64,000 nt of DNA from Dipteris shenzhenensis (taxonomy: Eukaryota): the NCBI GenBank assembly GCA_047967505.1, contig CM106538.1. One strand, written 5' to 3'. Position 1 is the stretch's first letter; every line of letters begins with the position of its first letter. This document shows, piece after piece, positions 1-11,900 of the stretch. The position numbers and the translations under genes were made by a program. The notes under the pieces were generated by a model. The model worked only from the letters and a program-made list of their open reading frames with translations. It was not told the DNA's origin and did no database searches.

Positions 1-1864
1 AATCAACATACCAAACATCATTGCAAGGTGCAGCATCTCCTGACATGGAGTTAACCATATGCTGCATCACAAAAAGGTGCTCATTTCTGTCGTCACCATG
101 CCCACTTGATGATGCATAGTTGCTTTGCTGCAACTTCCCACTTTTGATGTCATTCTGCTTTTTATAGCATGTATTCTCCTTGTGTCCAGGCTTTCCACAA
201 TAATAGCATTCTGTGCTGCTATTTACTTGCCGGTTCCTTTGCCATGAACCACGGCCTCTTTGGCTCCCCCTGCCTCTAGAACTACCACGTCCTCCTCCAT
301 AGGACTGGTTTTCCTGTTGTTGCTGCTGGTTCTGATTTCCTGCATGGCCACCAAAACGGCCTCTTCCTCTACCCCTGCCTCTACCTGTATTCGAGTAGAA
401 AGCAGTCTCTTGAGAAGTTGAGGTGGCTGAACCACCATTCCTTTGCTCTTCACTCAGCAAGAGTGCAATAAGTTCCTGAAAATCAGGAAATGTTTCACGG
501 ACTCCAATGGATGTCCGAAACTATGCATAATCCTTCCCAAGACCATTCAAGGTCACGGACACTAAGTCCTCATCATCAACAGGTGCTCTAATGGAGGCAA
601 GAGAATCTGCAAGGCCTTTCACCTTCAAGGAATACTCATTTATATTCAGATCTTTCCTTTGCACATTGTGCAACTCTTGCTTTAGCTACATCTTTCGTGC
701 ATTGGTATTTGTGCTATACAGCTTCACCAATGTATCCCATGCCTCCTTAGGCGTCTCTACATCCTGTATATGCACAATCATAGAATTTGAAATGCTAACA
801 GACAGCCAATACAAGCATTTTCTGGCTTTTTCATGCCATTCTTTAAAGGCCTTCAATTCAGCAGGAGTGGGAGCAGCACCCAAAACTGGTTCTGCAGTTT
901 CACCACTGATGTACTCCCAAACTCCCTTTCCCATAAGGAAGTTTGTCATCCTGAACTTCCATGCTTGGAAGTTGTTCTTGTCAAGCTTCTCACTGACAAT
1001 GGTAGATAGATTCTCAGACATTTTACAAATCACGAATTGCAACAGCAACCTGTAAACATAGCAAATGCCTCACAAGGGCAAATAGCAAAACTTCTGCAAA
1101 CAGCCTCACAGGGGCAGATCCGCAACACTGACGAAAGTGGTATTTCACCACACAGTCACTTCCTAGTGACGATTTTGCATCAACAGGCAACAGGCATGAA
1201 TCTACAACTCCCAATATCTCTGCACACAGGCATACGATGCAATTTCTATGGCACCTTTCCACCAACTAGCCGCGCAGTGGTCGCACAGCGAAAAACAGGG
1301 CCTTTTTCTGAGTGCATGCGAAGAACTTCCGCCTTCAAAACGGGCCCTGAAACGGCCTCAAATCAAAAAAATAAAGTCACCAAGGGCTTCACACCACGAA
1401 GGGCCTCTCAATCTGAAACAGTGCACTCCTGCACTTCTGGCTGTGCTACCTGCAAAGATTTGCTCCCAAACTCGAAATAGGAAAGCAACACTGGTCCTCT
1501 TACCAGGACACCACAGACTTGGCTTGCTTTCTTGAGCTCCTTACCACGAACAAGGCTCTGATACCATGTAAAGAATAAGGGAGAGAGATAGGAGACTCAA
1601 GTGCAGCTTTCTTCACTACACACAAAAGAGAGAGGACACAAGGTTGGAGGGTGAAGCCTTTCTTCACTTTTGCACACAACAACAATACAATAGAAGAGGG
1701 AAATACCCTATATGTCAAACCTTAGAATACATGGTTCATATGTGAACCCAAACCAAAAACATACGTGGTAGTCTAACTACACAACGAGTACAACTAACAT
1801 AGGCGGTGACATAAATGATAGTCATCCAGGAGATATATCGGGGGTAGAGCTTGATATCTCAACA
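1..1864 (-). mobile_element. Ty1/copia LTR retrotransposon, 5' part (5' LTR, PBS, leader, disrupted gag); continues beyond the window start
   Basis: LTR 1567-1864 (minus strand TGTTGAG...TTTACA). PBS TGGTATCAGAGC at 1555-1566. Gag KLDKNNFQAWKFRMTNFL in ORF 686-1048, with stops. Zinc knuckle near 160-210. Protease WYVD at ~1-20. Confidence 0.92.
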
Positions 1865-2200
1865 CTAACTGTAAGTAACTAACCTAAAATTAACCTAACT
1901 AACCTATGTTAACACTAACCTACCTAGAGTTAGTTATAGGGTTAGGTTAGACCTGTTAGGGTTTTCCTTTTTTTTTGAATAAAAAATTTAGATTAATTAA
2001 TTTAATTTTTTTAAAAATCATCCGGGGGGGGGCCGTCGCGCGGCGGGGGCGACAGAGGGTTTGGAAATACAGGAGGGGAGTGGGAGGGTCATGAACGGAG
2101 GGTTGGGGGACTTGGAAATGCAGGAGGTGGGGGGGACGAATGGAGAAGGGGGCTTTAGGCCTTTGATAGCCTAGATGAGGTGAAGGGGGTAGGTGCCTGG
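1865..2200 (-). repeat. CTAA/GTTAG-rich and G-rich segment, inverted homolog of ~5690-5900
   Basis: ctaactgtaagtaactaacctaaaattaacctaactaacctatgttaa matches the reverse complement of ~5840-5890. Confidence 0.65.
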
Positions 2201-2261
2201 TGGCTCTGCAGGCATGGAAGAAGGAGGTGGAGATGAGTTCTCCACCATGTAGTCTACCTTG

Positions 2262-2430
2262 AACCTTGGAACCTCCTTCTAAACTCTGGACCCTTTGGAC
2301 CCTCCTAAACCTTGGAGCCTCCTTCTAACCCTGGAACCTCTTCTAAACTTTGGAGCCTCTCTCTAAACCTTGGAACCTCCTTCTAAACTCTGGAATCTCC
2401 TTCTAACCCTTAAACTCCTCCTAAACCCTA
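2262..2430. repeat. Degenerate ~19-20 bp tandem repeat (aaaccttggaacctccttct)
   Basis: About 8 consecutive imperfect units are visible. Confidence 0.8.
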
Positions 2431-2659
2431 CAACCCCCAATGAAGGCGAAAGCCTTCATTACCTCAACCATGATGATACATGTTCCTTTTACACATGCAT
2501 GCAATATGTTTGCTTACCACACTTAAGCCTATGTCTCTCAGCGGAACTCCAGGTCCTAAGCTACATGTATAATACAAACAACAACCCCGATATATCTGTA
2601 GGTGGAAAAAAGCCTCGGAGCCCTGCATACTGAGAATACCCTGCTCTTGCTATGGAAGC

Positions 2660-4180
2660 CATAGGAAAGAGCCAACAAACTGCCAAACCACTTTTGAGTT
2701 GAGGCTGTCAATACTGTAGTTTACATCCTTAATCATAGCTATACAAAGGCACTCAAAGGTAAAACACCACATGAGGCTTACAGCGGTAAGAAGCCATCTG
2801 TCTCCCACTTCAGAACGTTTGGGTGTGAATGCTATGCGCATGTACCAGACAAAGAGAGAAACAAGTTACAACCAAAAAGCACCAAATGTATCTTCTTAGG
2901 CTATTGTGATTAGAAGAAAGCCTATAAGTTGTATGACCAAGAGACAAAGAAGACCATAGCGAGCCGTAATGTGGTGTTCAGGGAGTGGCCACATGCAGTG
3001 GAGGTAGAGAAGAGCTCCTCCACTTTATCATCAAGCGAAGAGGTAATTCACTATGGACCCATCCCAAGAGCTATAAAAGAGGAGGAAATATCAGATGATG
3101 AAGGTATAAGTCACCAACCCATTGTTACACCACCAGAAAAGCCATTGCCGTGATGGGTAAGGTAGCTCTACGACCATGATAACCAGATGCCTATGTCTGT
3201 TGAGCAGCATGTAGATGGACCAAGGTGGTCTCAGAGAATCGAGGAGCAAAGGAGGGCTTCTGCTCACATAGTCAATATGGCCTTGATGGCTGAGATTATT
3301 GTAGAAGGAAAGGAGCCTGTGAGTTTGGAGGAAGCACTTGCAGACCGAGATTGGAAAAATGCTATGCAAGTAGAATATGACAGCATCATGAATAATGAAA
3401 CTTGGGAGCTAGTAGATCGACCACCTAACATAAGGGTTATTGGCACCAAGTGGGTTTGGAAAGTAAAGTACAAGGCCAATGGGACTTTGCAAAAGTACAA
3501 AGCCAAATTGGTTGCACAAGGATTTTCGGAGGTTGAAGGGTTTGATTTTCAGGAATCTTTTGCTCCGCCGACTACCAGAATGACCATTATTCACACAGTA
3601 CTATCAGTGACTACTCATAAAAAGTGGCCAGTTTATCAAATGGATGTTAAATTAGCATTCTTGAATGGTGACCTCAAGGAGGAGGTTACGTGGCTCAGCC
3701 ACCAAGGTTTGAGGCCCCCCATTCTGAGAACAAGGTATGCAAACTAAAGAAGGCTCTGTACAGGCTAAAACAAGCCCCAAGAGCATGGTAGTAATGGATA
3801 GACAAATTCTTTCATAATTTAAACTTCAAAAGATGTGCCTCAGATGCTAACTTGTATGTGTACATGAAAGGTGAAAAATCTGCTATTACTATTCTATATG
3901 TGGATGATCTCCTTATTACAAGTGACTATGAAGACATGATCCAACAGACTAGAAAGGCATTGAGCATGGAGTTTGAGATCATAGACTTAGGCTTGATGCA
4001 CTACTATTTGGGGATTGAAGTCTAGCAAGAGCCAGGCAAGATCTTCATCTCTTAGCAAAAATATGCAAGGCAGATCTTGAAGGGTAGTTGGTATGTCCGA
4101 GTGCAAGGAGATAGCTACACCTATGGAGGTAAATGCGAGGCTATATATGGGGATGCCTCACCACCAACAGACATCAGCAG
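2660..4180 (+). pseudogene. Copia pol fragment (integrase C-terminus and reverse transcriptase), with stops and frameshifts
   Basis: FGCECYAHVP and KCIFLGY (integrase C-terminus); [28 protein letters not shown] and LYVDDLL at ~3895 (RT). Confidence 0.9.
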
Positions 4181-4463
4181 GTATGTGTATTAAAAAAAAA
4201 CAAACTACTATGAATTTTCATGAACATAACACTCAAGGGCAAGGGGAGTAAATTTTTTTTCCAACTCTAGCCAAACATATCAACCCCAAGCATCAACCTT
4301 AGGTTACAACCTTATGAAATTTTCTTTATTTCTTAAAAAGAAGCCACATGATAAACAATTGGGCTAGGTATTGGACACGAAGGCGTAGAGCTTGCAATTT
4401 TGATCATTTCCTTTTACAGAAGAGCGATCTGAGCTAACCATAAAAAGTTACAGCTCGGGAAGA

Positions 4464-4506
4464 GTTTAGGGTTTAACCCTAAACCTAAACCCATTTCCTA
4501 TAAAAA
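4464..4506 (+). promoter_or_regulatory. Telo-box-like palindrome followed by a TATA-like motif; possibly an LTR promoter
   Basis: gtttagggtt-t-aaccctaaac at 4464-4484, then cctataaaa at ~4497-4505. Confidence 0.3.
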
Positions 4507-4799
4507 CCCACTCCGCCCCCTCATTCTTCATCTTTCACATCTTGCCTCTGTCCTCTTACCCATTCGGAGCCCTACGCAAGATACTCCTCCCTCTTCATCG
4601 ACCACCACCCTACTCCCATCCTCACATGGTAAGTTACTTCGAGCCCATCTCATAGCGATAACCTAGCCATCCACCCACTGTCCATTGGTCCTCAACAATC
4701 CCATTACATCGAGAAAGACTTGGAGAGCGTTGAGGTGACCATCTCTTCCTTCCTTTGGATTTCCGTCAAAGTTTTTCATCCGTCAAGTTTTTTTCCTTT

Positions 4800-5360
4800 T
4801 TTCTTTTTCCCCCTCCCTCTCCACCACTATCCCCTCCCCCCCCCTTTTTTCCCCCCTCCCTCTATTCTCCCCCCCCCCCCACCACCTCCCCCTTCACCAT
4901 TCCTCCCTCCTCCACCATCCCCTCTACTTCCCCCCCCCTTTTTTCCCCCCTCCCTCCATTCTTCCCCCCCCCCCCCTCCTCCATCTCCACCACCTCCCTC
5001 TCCACCACCCTCCCCTCCATCTCCACCACCCCCTTCCATCACCACCACCCCTTTTCTTCCCCCCCCTCCCTCCATTCTCCCCCCCCCCTTCCCTCCACCC
5101 CCCCCCCCCTCCCTCCACCACCACCCTTTCTTCCCTCCCCCCAATCCCCTCCTCCATCTCCACCTCCCCCTCCACCACCACCCCCTCCCCCCCTCCATCT
5201 CCACCACCCCCCTCTCCACCACCCTCCCCTCCATCAAAACCACCCCCTTCCATCTCCACCACCCCCCCCTCCTTCCCTTCCCCCCTCCCATCTCCACCCC
5301 CACACCCCCCCCATCTCTACCCCCCCTCTTTCTCTCTCTTTTTTCCCTTTCTCTCTACTA

Positions 5361-5400
<40 letters not shown>
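4800..5400. repeat. C-rich, essentially G-free low-complexity tract ending in (CT)n
   Basis: Composition is seen directly and all frames are open on both strands. Confidence 0.9.
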
Positions 5401-5401
<1 letters not shown>

Positions 5402-6279
5402 CCACTCCACAAACTAAACCACCCTACGTTCTAACCTATTAAGAAAGGTTTAAAGCCCTTGCTGTGATGGGCAACGGTGCTCGTGCACAGTGCTCACCTA
5501 GGGTGGCACAATGCTCGCCCCGCCAACGGCGACGCTCGCCTCACGCTCCGCCTCCACCTCCTCTGTGGCGCCCCACCTCATCTCTGCCACTGCCTCACAC
5601 TCCACACCTCCCTCACCGCCCGCCTACTCCCCCCTCCACTCCCCTCCACTCCACACCTCCCTCCACTCCACTCCACACCTCCCTACTCCCCTCCCCCCTC
5701 CCCCCCCCCCCCGTTTGCAAAAACACCCCCCCCCCCTCACAACCTCCCATTGCCTGCACGACACCCCCCCCACTACCTTTAAAAAGAAAAAGAAAAAAAA
5801 ACCTAACCTAACCCTAGGACTAACCTTGGTTAGGATACATTAACCTAGGTTAGTTAGGTTAACTTTAGGCTAGTTACTTGCAGTTAGGTTAGTTTAATTG
5901 TAGGTTAGTTACACTAACTAGATAGCTAGGTTAGTTTGACTGTACTAGGTTAGCTCAACTAACTGTGGGTAGTTTACTTAGCTGCAGTAGTCTGTTTAAC
6001 CATAACTAGGTTAGGTTAGACTAAAGGTTAGGCATCTAACTAGATAGTTAGGTTAGTTAGACTAATTATTCCAGTTAGATCAAATGAGCTGGGTAAATTA
6101 CTACCCCTCAGTTAGACTTAAAGTCCATTCACACCAAACCTTAAGACCAAGCCCCCCCCCTCCCCCCCCACAAAAAAGCTCCATTTTTCCCCTTCTTTAA
6201 CCCCTTGTAGCTCATCCGTTTGAGACCCAAACTGGACCCTGTTTGAACCATGATTTCACACACAGAAACACCACGCTAT

Positions 6280-8530
6280 GAGGTATTTTCTAGCCCATTG
6301 CACACCATTTTGGCATCCCTCCTTCTTCCCCAAATCTTTGAGAGCTAAGTTCACCACCTACAAGCAACCATTCTTAGGGTCCTTCTGGCTTGAGAAACCT
6401 TCATATGGGCGAACTTCCACGTCAGAGGAATTAGAGAATGCTGCCCACGAAACTGCGCAACAGTCGTTTTCATCCTGACGCCTTTTCTTGCAATGCGACT
6501 TGCTGGAGCAGCCATTCCAAAATTCCTCTGAGCCAAGCTTGCATAACAGTATGAGCTAGCTCCTATCCAGATTTGAAGGGAAATGGTCAAGGGAGGGAGA
6601 AACAGCAAAAAAACCAATCGACTTTCAAGCTGCTGGCTATGGTGACGTGACGCGGTATTTCGCCTCTCCTCCTCAATGGTTCTTCTTTGGTATACCAGCT
6701 TTGTTTCTACCTAGAAAGCCCTCTTTTCTTTGCTTTGAAGAGTGAGATACAAGCCCTCCAAGTTCTGGTCTCTGTTTTGGACAGTTTTGACAATGTTGAG
6801 AGTTTGATGCTACATTAGATGCTACTTTAGCATTTCTGATATTTTAAAGTGTTGAATAGCATCAGTACAACTATGGCTACAGCTTTACTTTAAGTTGCTA
6901 CACCTGGATTTGCTTGGAATACTGTCATTTAGCCACCTCTATGAAGCATGCAAGTGAAAGCATCATTGATTTGTAGTATGGAATTTGGTTACAAGTCTTT
7001 GCTACTCTAAATGCTTGTATTTTGAAGCTCTTCAACTCTTTCTAGCCTTGTAAGAGAGTGGACATTGCCCATTTTGGGTTAGACCCTCTCATGGCTACCA
7101 TCTTGAATATGGATAAGTTCAATGGTAAAGGCTTTCACACATGGCAGATGAAGGTTAAGTTTGCATTGATGAGGGAAAACCTCTGGGGGCTTGTCAAACT
7201 TGCTTCAACTACTTCAACAATCTCTAATGCTGGAGAATCCTCAGCTCCGACACATCCAGCAAGAGATCCTGCTAGAGAGGAGAAAGCCTATGGCATCATT
7301 GCCCTTAGCCTAGGAGATGACTATATTAATCACATTTCTGATTTAGAGTCTCCTTCTGAAGCTTGGCAGAAGCTTGACATTATTTTTGGTGCTAGCATCT
7401 CAAAATTGTCACTTAAGATTGCTTTCTTTGAATTGAAGATGGCTCATGTCAATTATATGTGGAGTCTCATGACTCAACTTGCTTCTATCAACTCTCCAAT
7501 CACTACAGATGATGCAATGGCAGTATTGCTCAAAAGTATGCCTGAAGATTATGATCATGTTGTTACCACTCTGAAAATCTTCCTAATTCCTACTCTTAAA
7601 GGTCTTATTACTACTCTTCAAGAAGAAGAAAGACACATGGAACTCCGGAGAGGCAATGACACAGTCTACCAGAGAGGCAATGACACAGCCTATGCCATAA
7701 AAGTTCAGAAGGGCAAGTTTTCACCTTGCAAACATTGTGAGAAGACTAATCACCTCTCAAAAGATTGCTTCAAGATCAATCCATGCAAACATTATGGGAA
7801 AAACAATCACCATGAAAAGTATTCTAAAGCCAAAAAGGAAGAAACTACAAAGTCAGAAATTGCCAATCTACTTTCATTTGATGAGTCTCCACATGATGAA
7901 GACTATGCTTTTTAGGCACTTTGTCTTTTTTGTTTATCATCACTTGGTCAAATTTTGAGGTTCTCTGCCTGGAGTAGTACTCCAAAAAGAATATGTTATG
8001 TAAATCACCTTTGGTCACCATATGATGTAGGCCATGTGATATGTGTTTTGACTATCCCATTTCTGTGAACCTCACACCCTTGGGAACCCTTGCTAGCATG
8101 AGATCCTAGCCATAGAGTAATCCTTGGCCACCATGAGATGGCATGAGAAACTATGAGACTAGATATATCCTTGACACTGCAAGAGGCAACCCCTTGAGGG
8201 GGGGTTTGTTGGGGTAAGTATGATCAAGGGCTTGCTCTATGGTGCATGTGTGCATCTAGGGGAGTCACATGTGTGTTTGTGTGTGTTGTAAAGGCACATC
8301 AAGTGCTATGATGTGTCTAGTGTGTGTGACCTAAGTGATGATGTAAGACAAAGGCAATCCCACTGATGTAGGGGCTGATTGCACTTGTGTAGGGAAGGTA
8401 TTACCTTCTCCCCCTTTCTATAAGAGAGAGACCTCTCTCTCACAATCATAATAGAGAACTATCATCTTTCTTTCATTGTGCTCTCACACCTCTTGTAAGA
8501 TGCATCTATTCTATCCTACGGGATCCTACA
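6280..8530 (+). mobile_element. Non-autonomous gag-only (TR-GAG-like) copia derivative; 5' LTR and PBS not seen
   Basis: Gag ORF, then a ~290-bp 3' region, PPT ttgagggggggtt, and an LTR starting TGTTGGGG at 8207 (end ~8530 is approximate). Leader and 3' region are homologous to the 32809-35046 element. Confidence 0.75.
7091..7915 (+). CDS. Copia-type Gag with zinc knuckle(s), not followed by pol
   Basis: KFNGKGFHTWQMKVKFALMRENLW; AWQKL; VLLKSMPEDYD; CKHCEKTNHLSKDC (CX2CX4HX4C) plus a degenerate second knuckle; ends EDYAF-stop. Confidence 0.8.
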   Translation: MATILNMDKFNGKGFHTWQMKVKFALMRENLWGLVKLASTTSTISNAGESSAPTHPARDPAREEKAYGIIALSLGDDYINHISDLESPSEAWQKLDIIFGASISKLSLKIAFFELKMAHVNYMWSLMTQLASINSPITTDDAMAVLLKSMPEDYDHVVTTLKIFLIPTLKGLITTLQEEERHMELRRGNDTVYQRGNDTAYAIKVQKGKFSPCKHCEKTNHLSKDCFKINPCKHYGKNNHHEKYSKAKKEETTKSEIANLLSFDESPHDEDYAF

Positions 8531-8611
8531 AAATATCCCCTGACTGTCCACTGTGTGGGGTGGCCATGGAATCCTTGAGGCATTTGTTATGGAGTTGTGT
8601 TATCTCCCGTG
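8531..8611 (+). pseudogene. L1-type LINE ORF2 C-terminal zinc finger, left piece (split by the copia insertion)
   Basis: ISPDCPLCGVAMESLRHLLWSCVISR joins in frame to AVWSKVERAIH at 14373 once the copia and one TSD copy are removed. Confidence 0.8.
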
Positions 8612-8923
8612 TGTGAAGATTGTGGGAGAGAGGGAAGGAGTCTCACTTGAGGCTTTCTCACAATCACAATGGGGGAATACACACAAAGGTGGAGGCTGAA
8701 AACAGTTTTCCTCTTCTTAGTTGTGTAAGCCAAAAAAACTCTAGTACAAAGAAATAGAAGAACCCTATATGTGGGTCTCAAACCAAACTCAACTAACTAA
8801 GGTGGCATACTAACTGAGCCACAAACTATGGTAGATAAGGATAGCTGTCATCCAGCTATTATTCGTGGGCGGTGTACCAACCGCATCTCCAGCTAACAAG
8901 TCGGTGACATAAGTACACAACGG

Positions 8924-11900
8924 TCAGCCTGGCATATCTCGAGTGGAGCTCGATATCTCAACACTCCTCCTCGAGCTCAATCCCAAATCCTGCACACCAA
9001 GCAGGTCTCTGAACTTGCGCAGCTTCTCTGCGCCCAATGCTTTCGTGAATATGTCAGCTACCTGATCCTCTGTGCTGACATAAACTAGATCAATAAGACC
9101 TAGTAAAACCTTCTCCCGCACATAGTGATAATGCACCTCAATGTGCTTTGTTCTGGCATGAAAGACTGGGTTCTTTGCCAAGTGTATACTGCTCATGTTG
9201 TCACAATAAATGACAACCGGCCCATCTGTAGACTGATGCATATCATAGAGTAGCTTATGCAACCAAGCTACCTCACATGCAGCCATTGCTGCACCCCTGT
9301 ACTCAGCCTCTGTGCTCGACAAGGCAACTGTAGGCTGTTTCTTGCTGCTCCAAGTGATTGCAGCACTCCCAAAAGAGAACACATATCCACTGGTAGATCG
9401 TCTATCAGAAATGCTACCAGCCCAATCAGCATCAGTGTATCCATGCAACTGTATCTGAACCCCAGCCTCATAAAATAGTCCACACTGCAATGTGGACTTC
9501 ACATACCTGAGTATGCGTCTAGCCGCATCCAAATGCGGTTTCCTTGGAGCCTGCATAAACTGACTTACCAACCCAACAGCATAGCTCAAATCTGGCCTGG
9601 TAATAGTCATGTAAATCAAACTTCCTACTATGCATCTGTACATAGTAGAATCTTCCAGAAGCTCACGTGCATCTGTGCTCAGCTTCACATTCTGCTCCAA
9701 AGGAACTGAAATAGGCTTACAGCCTGTCATCCCATATTTGGACAGCATGTCAATCCATACTGCCTCTGCAAGAGCTGTATCCCACTTGGTGATCTAATCA
9801 CCTCAATGCCCAAGAAATAACGCAGCTCTACCAAATCCTTCATCTCAAACTTCTGCCTCAATAGCATTTTCACATGAAGGATATCTTCATCACTATCACC
9901 TGTGATGATCAAATCATCAACATAAATGACCAGCAGCATAATCCCTTTCTCTGTTTTTCTCACATAGAGTGAGAAATCTGCTTTGGAAATCTGAAAGCCA
10001 ATAGTGACAAGATACTGTCCTATCTTGTCAGACCATGCTCTAGGTGCTTGCTTCAAGCCATACAAGGCTTTCTTCAACCTCTGCAAACAAACTCAAGATG
10101 AATAGCATGAACATAACCTGGTGGCTGCTCCATAAAGACCTCTTCTTGCAAATCACCATGCAAGAAGGCATTCTTTACATCCATCTGATGTAAAGACCAT
10201 CCCTTTGATGCAGCCATAGCAATGGCTGCTCTTACGGTTGCCATCCTTGCAACCGGGCTGAAAGTTTCTTCATAATCAATGCCATATGTCTGTGCATACC
10301 CCTTGACAACTAATCTTGCCTTGTATCTATTCACAGAACCATCTGCATTGTGCTTGATCTTATAAACCCACTTGCAGCCAATTGCATTCTTGCCTTTAGG
10401 CAAAGGCACCAATTCCCATGTAGCATTAGCATCCAAGGCATCCATTTCTTCATCCATGGCTTTCTCCCATTTTTCATTTCCCATGGCTTGCTCAAAAGAA
10501 GTGGGTTCTGGTTCCTGTATCACTTTGATCATATAGGCATAGTGAATGGCTGTAAATCCATCATATTTCAGCCTATCCACAGGATACCTAATCGTGGTAG
10601 ACCTGCGCAAAATAGGCTCACTTCTAGGTGCTCTCAAAACATCCCTGGTCTTCCTTACTCCAGGTGTAACAATAGAAGGAATACCCAACTCATCATCAAT
10701 GCTCTGTTCTGAGCCACTGGATTCACCATCCACATAAGAGTGACCTGCATTCACATCAAACATGGGCTGATCTACCTTCTCTTTTCCTTTTCGTGATACC
10801 TGCGTACCACTATCTGCATTGCTTTGAGGGGATTCTCCTGATCTCAATCTGCCTGTCCATGGCGAAGTATGTGAACCACTGGTAGAGGACACTCCAGGTC
10901 CACTGATATTTTGTGATTGCTGCTGTGCATTCTGTGCAGCATTACCATTTTGTGCATCTACATCAATCATCACATTTACTGGTTTATACCAGCTGCTCAT
11001 CTCATAAAAAATAACATCTCTGCTCACTGTGAACTTACGTGTAGAAGGGTTATAGCATCTATACCCTTTCTGCTGTAGAGAATAACCAATAAAGACGCAC
11101 TTCTCAGCTTTTGGATCCAACTTGGACCTCAACTCATCTGGCACATGGACATAAGCAATGCAACTAAAAATCTTCAAATGAGAAATATCTGGTTTCCTAC
11201 CAGTATACATCTCCTCTGGCGTCATGTCATGTATTGCTGCAGTGGGAGTCCTGTTCATTATATAGACTGCTGTAGCAACTGCTTCAGCCCAATAATAATC
11301 TGGTAGATCTTTTTCATTTAGCATAGCCCGAGACACCTCTCCAATATGCCTGTTTTTTCTTTCTGCAATTCCATTTTGCTGTGGGGTATGACTGCATGAA
11401 TATTGCTGCTTTATACCATGCTCCTGCAAGAACCTTGCAAACTCATTTGAGAGGTACTCTCCCCCTCCATCTGACCTTAGGCATTTTATTTGTAGGCCTG
11501 TTTCTTTTTCAACCATAGCTTTGAAAGCTTTGAAGTGCCCAAACACTTCACTTTTCTTTTTCATAAAATACACCCACAGTTTTCTGCTGAAGTCATCAAT
11601 AAATGTGACAAAATAGTGACAGCCTCCAATAGATGCAGCTTTTGTAGTCCATACATCAGAGTGGATTAATTCCAATGGTTTTTTACTCTCTTAAACATGA
11701 CTAGGAAAAGGTTTCCTTGCCTGTTTTCCAAATTGACAGGCTTCACAAACCTTGTGCATTTCTGCACCTTAAATTTAGGCAATCCTGCAACAATATTTTG
11801 GGCTTGCATTGATTTTAGTCGCTGTATATTAACATGACCAATGCGTTTGTGCCAGATATCAATATCTGCAACTACACCGGTCCCATGTGCAAACATTGCT

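Noticed and set aside
4720-5843. Proline-rich extensin-like and glycine-rich ORFs
   Set aside because: They arise from C-rich low complexity, are open in multiple frames on both strands, and lack a signal peptide or regular repeat.
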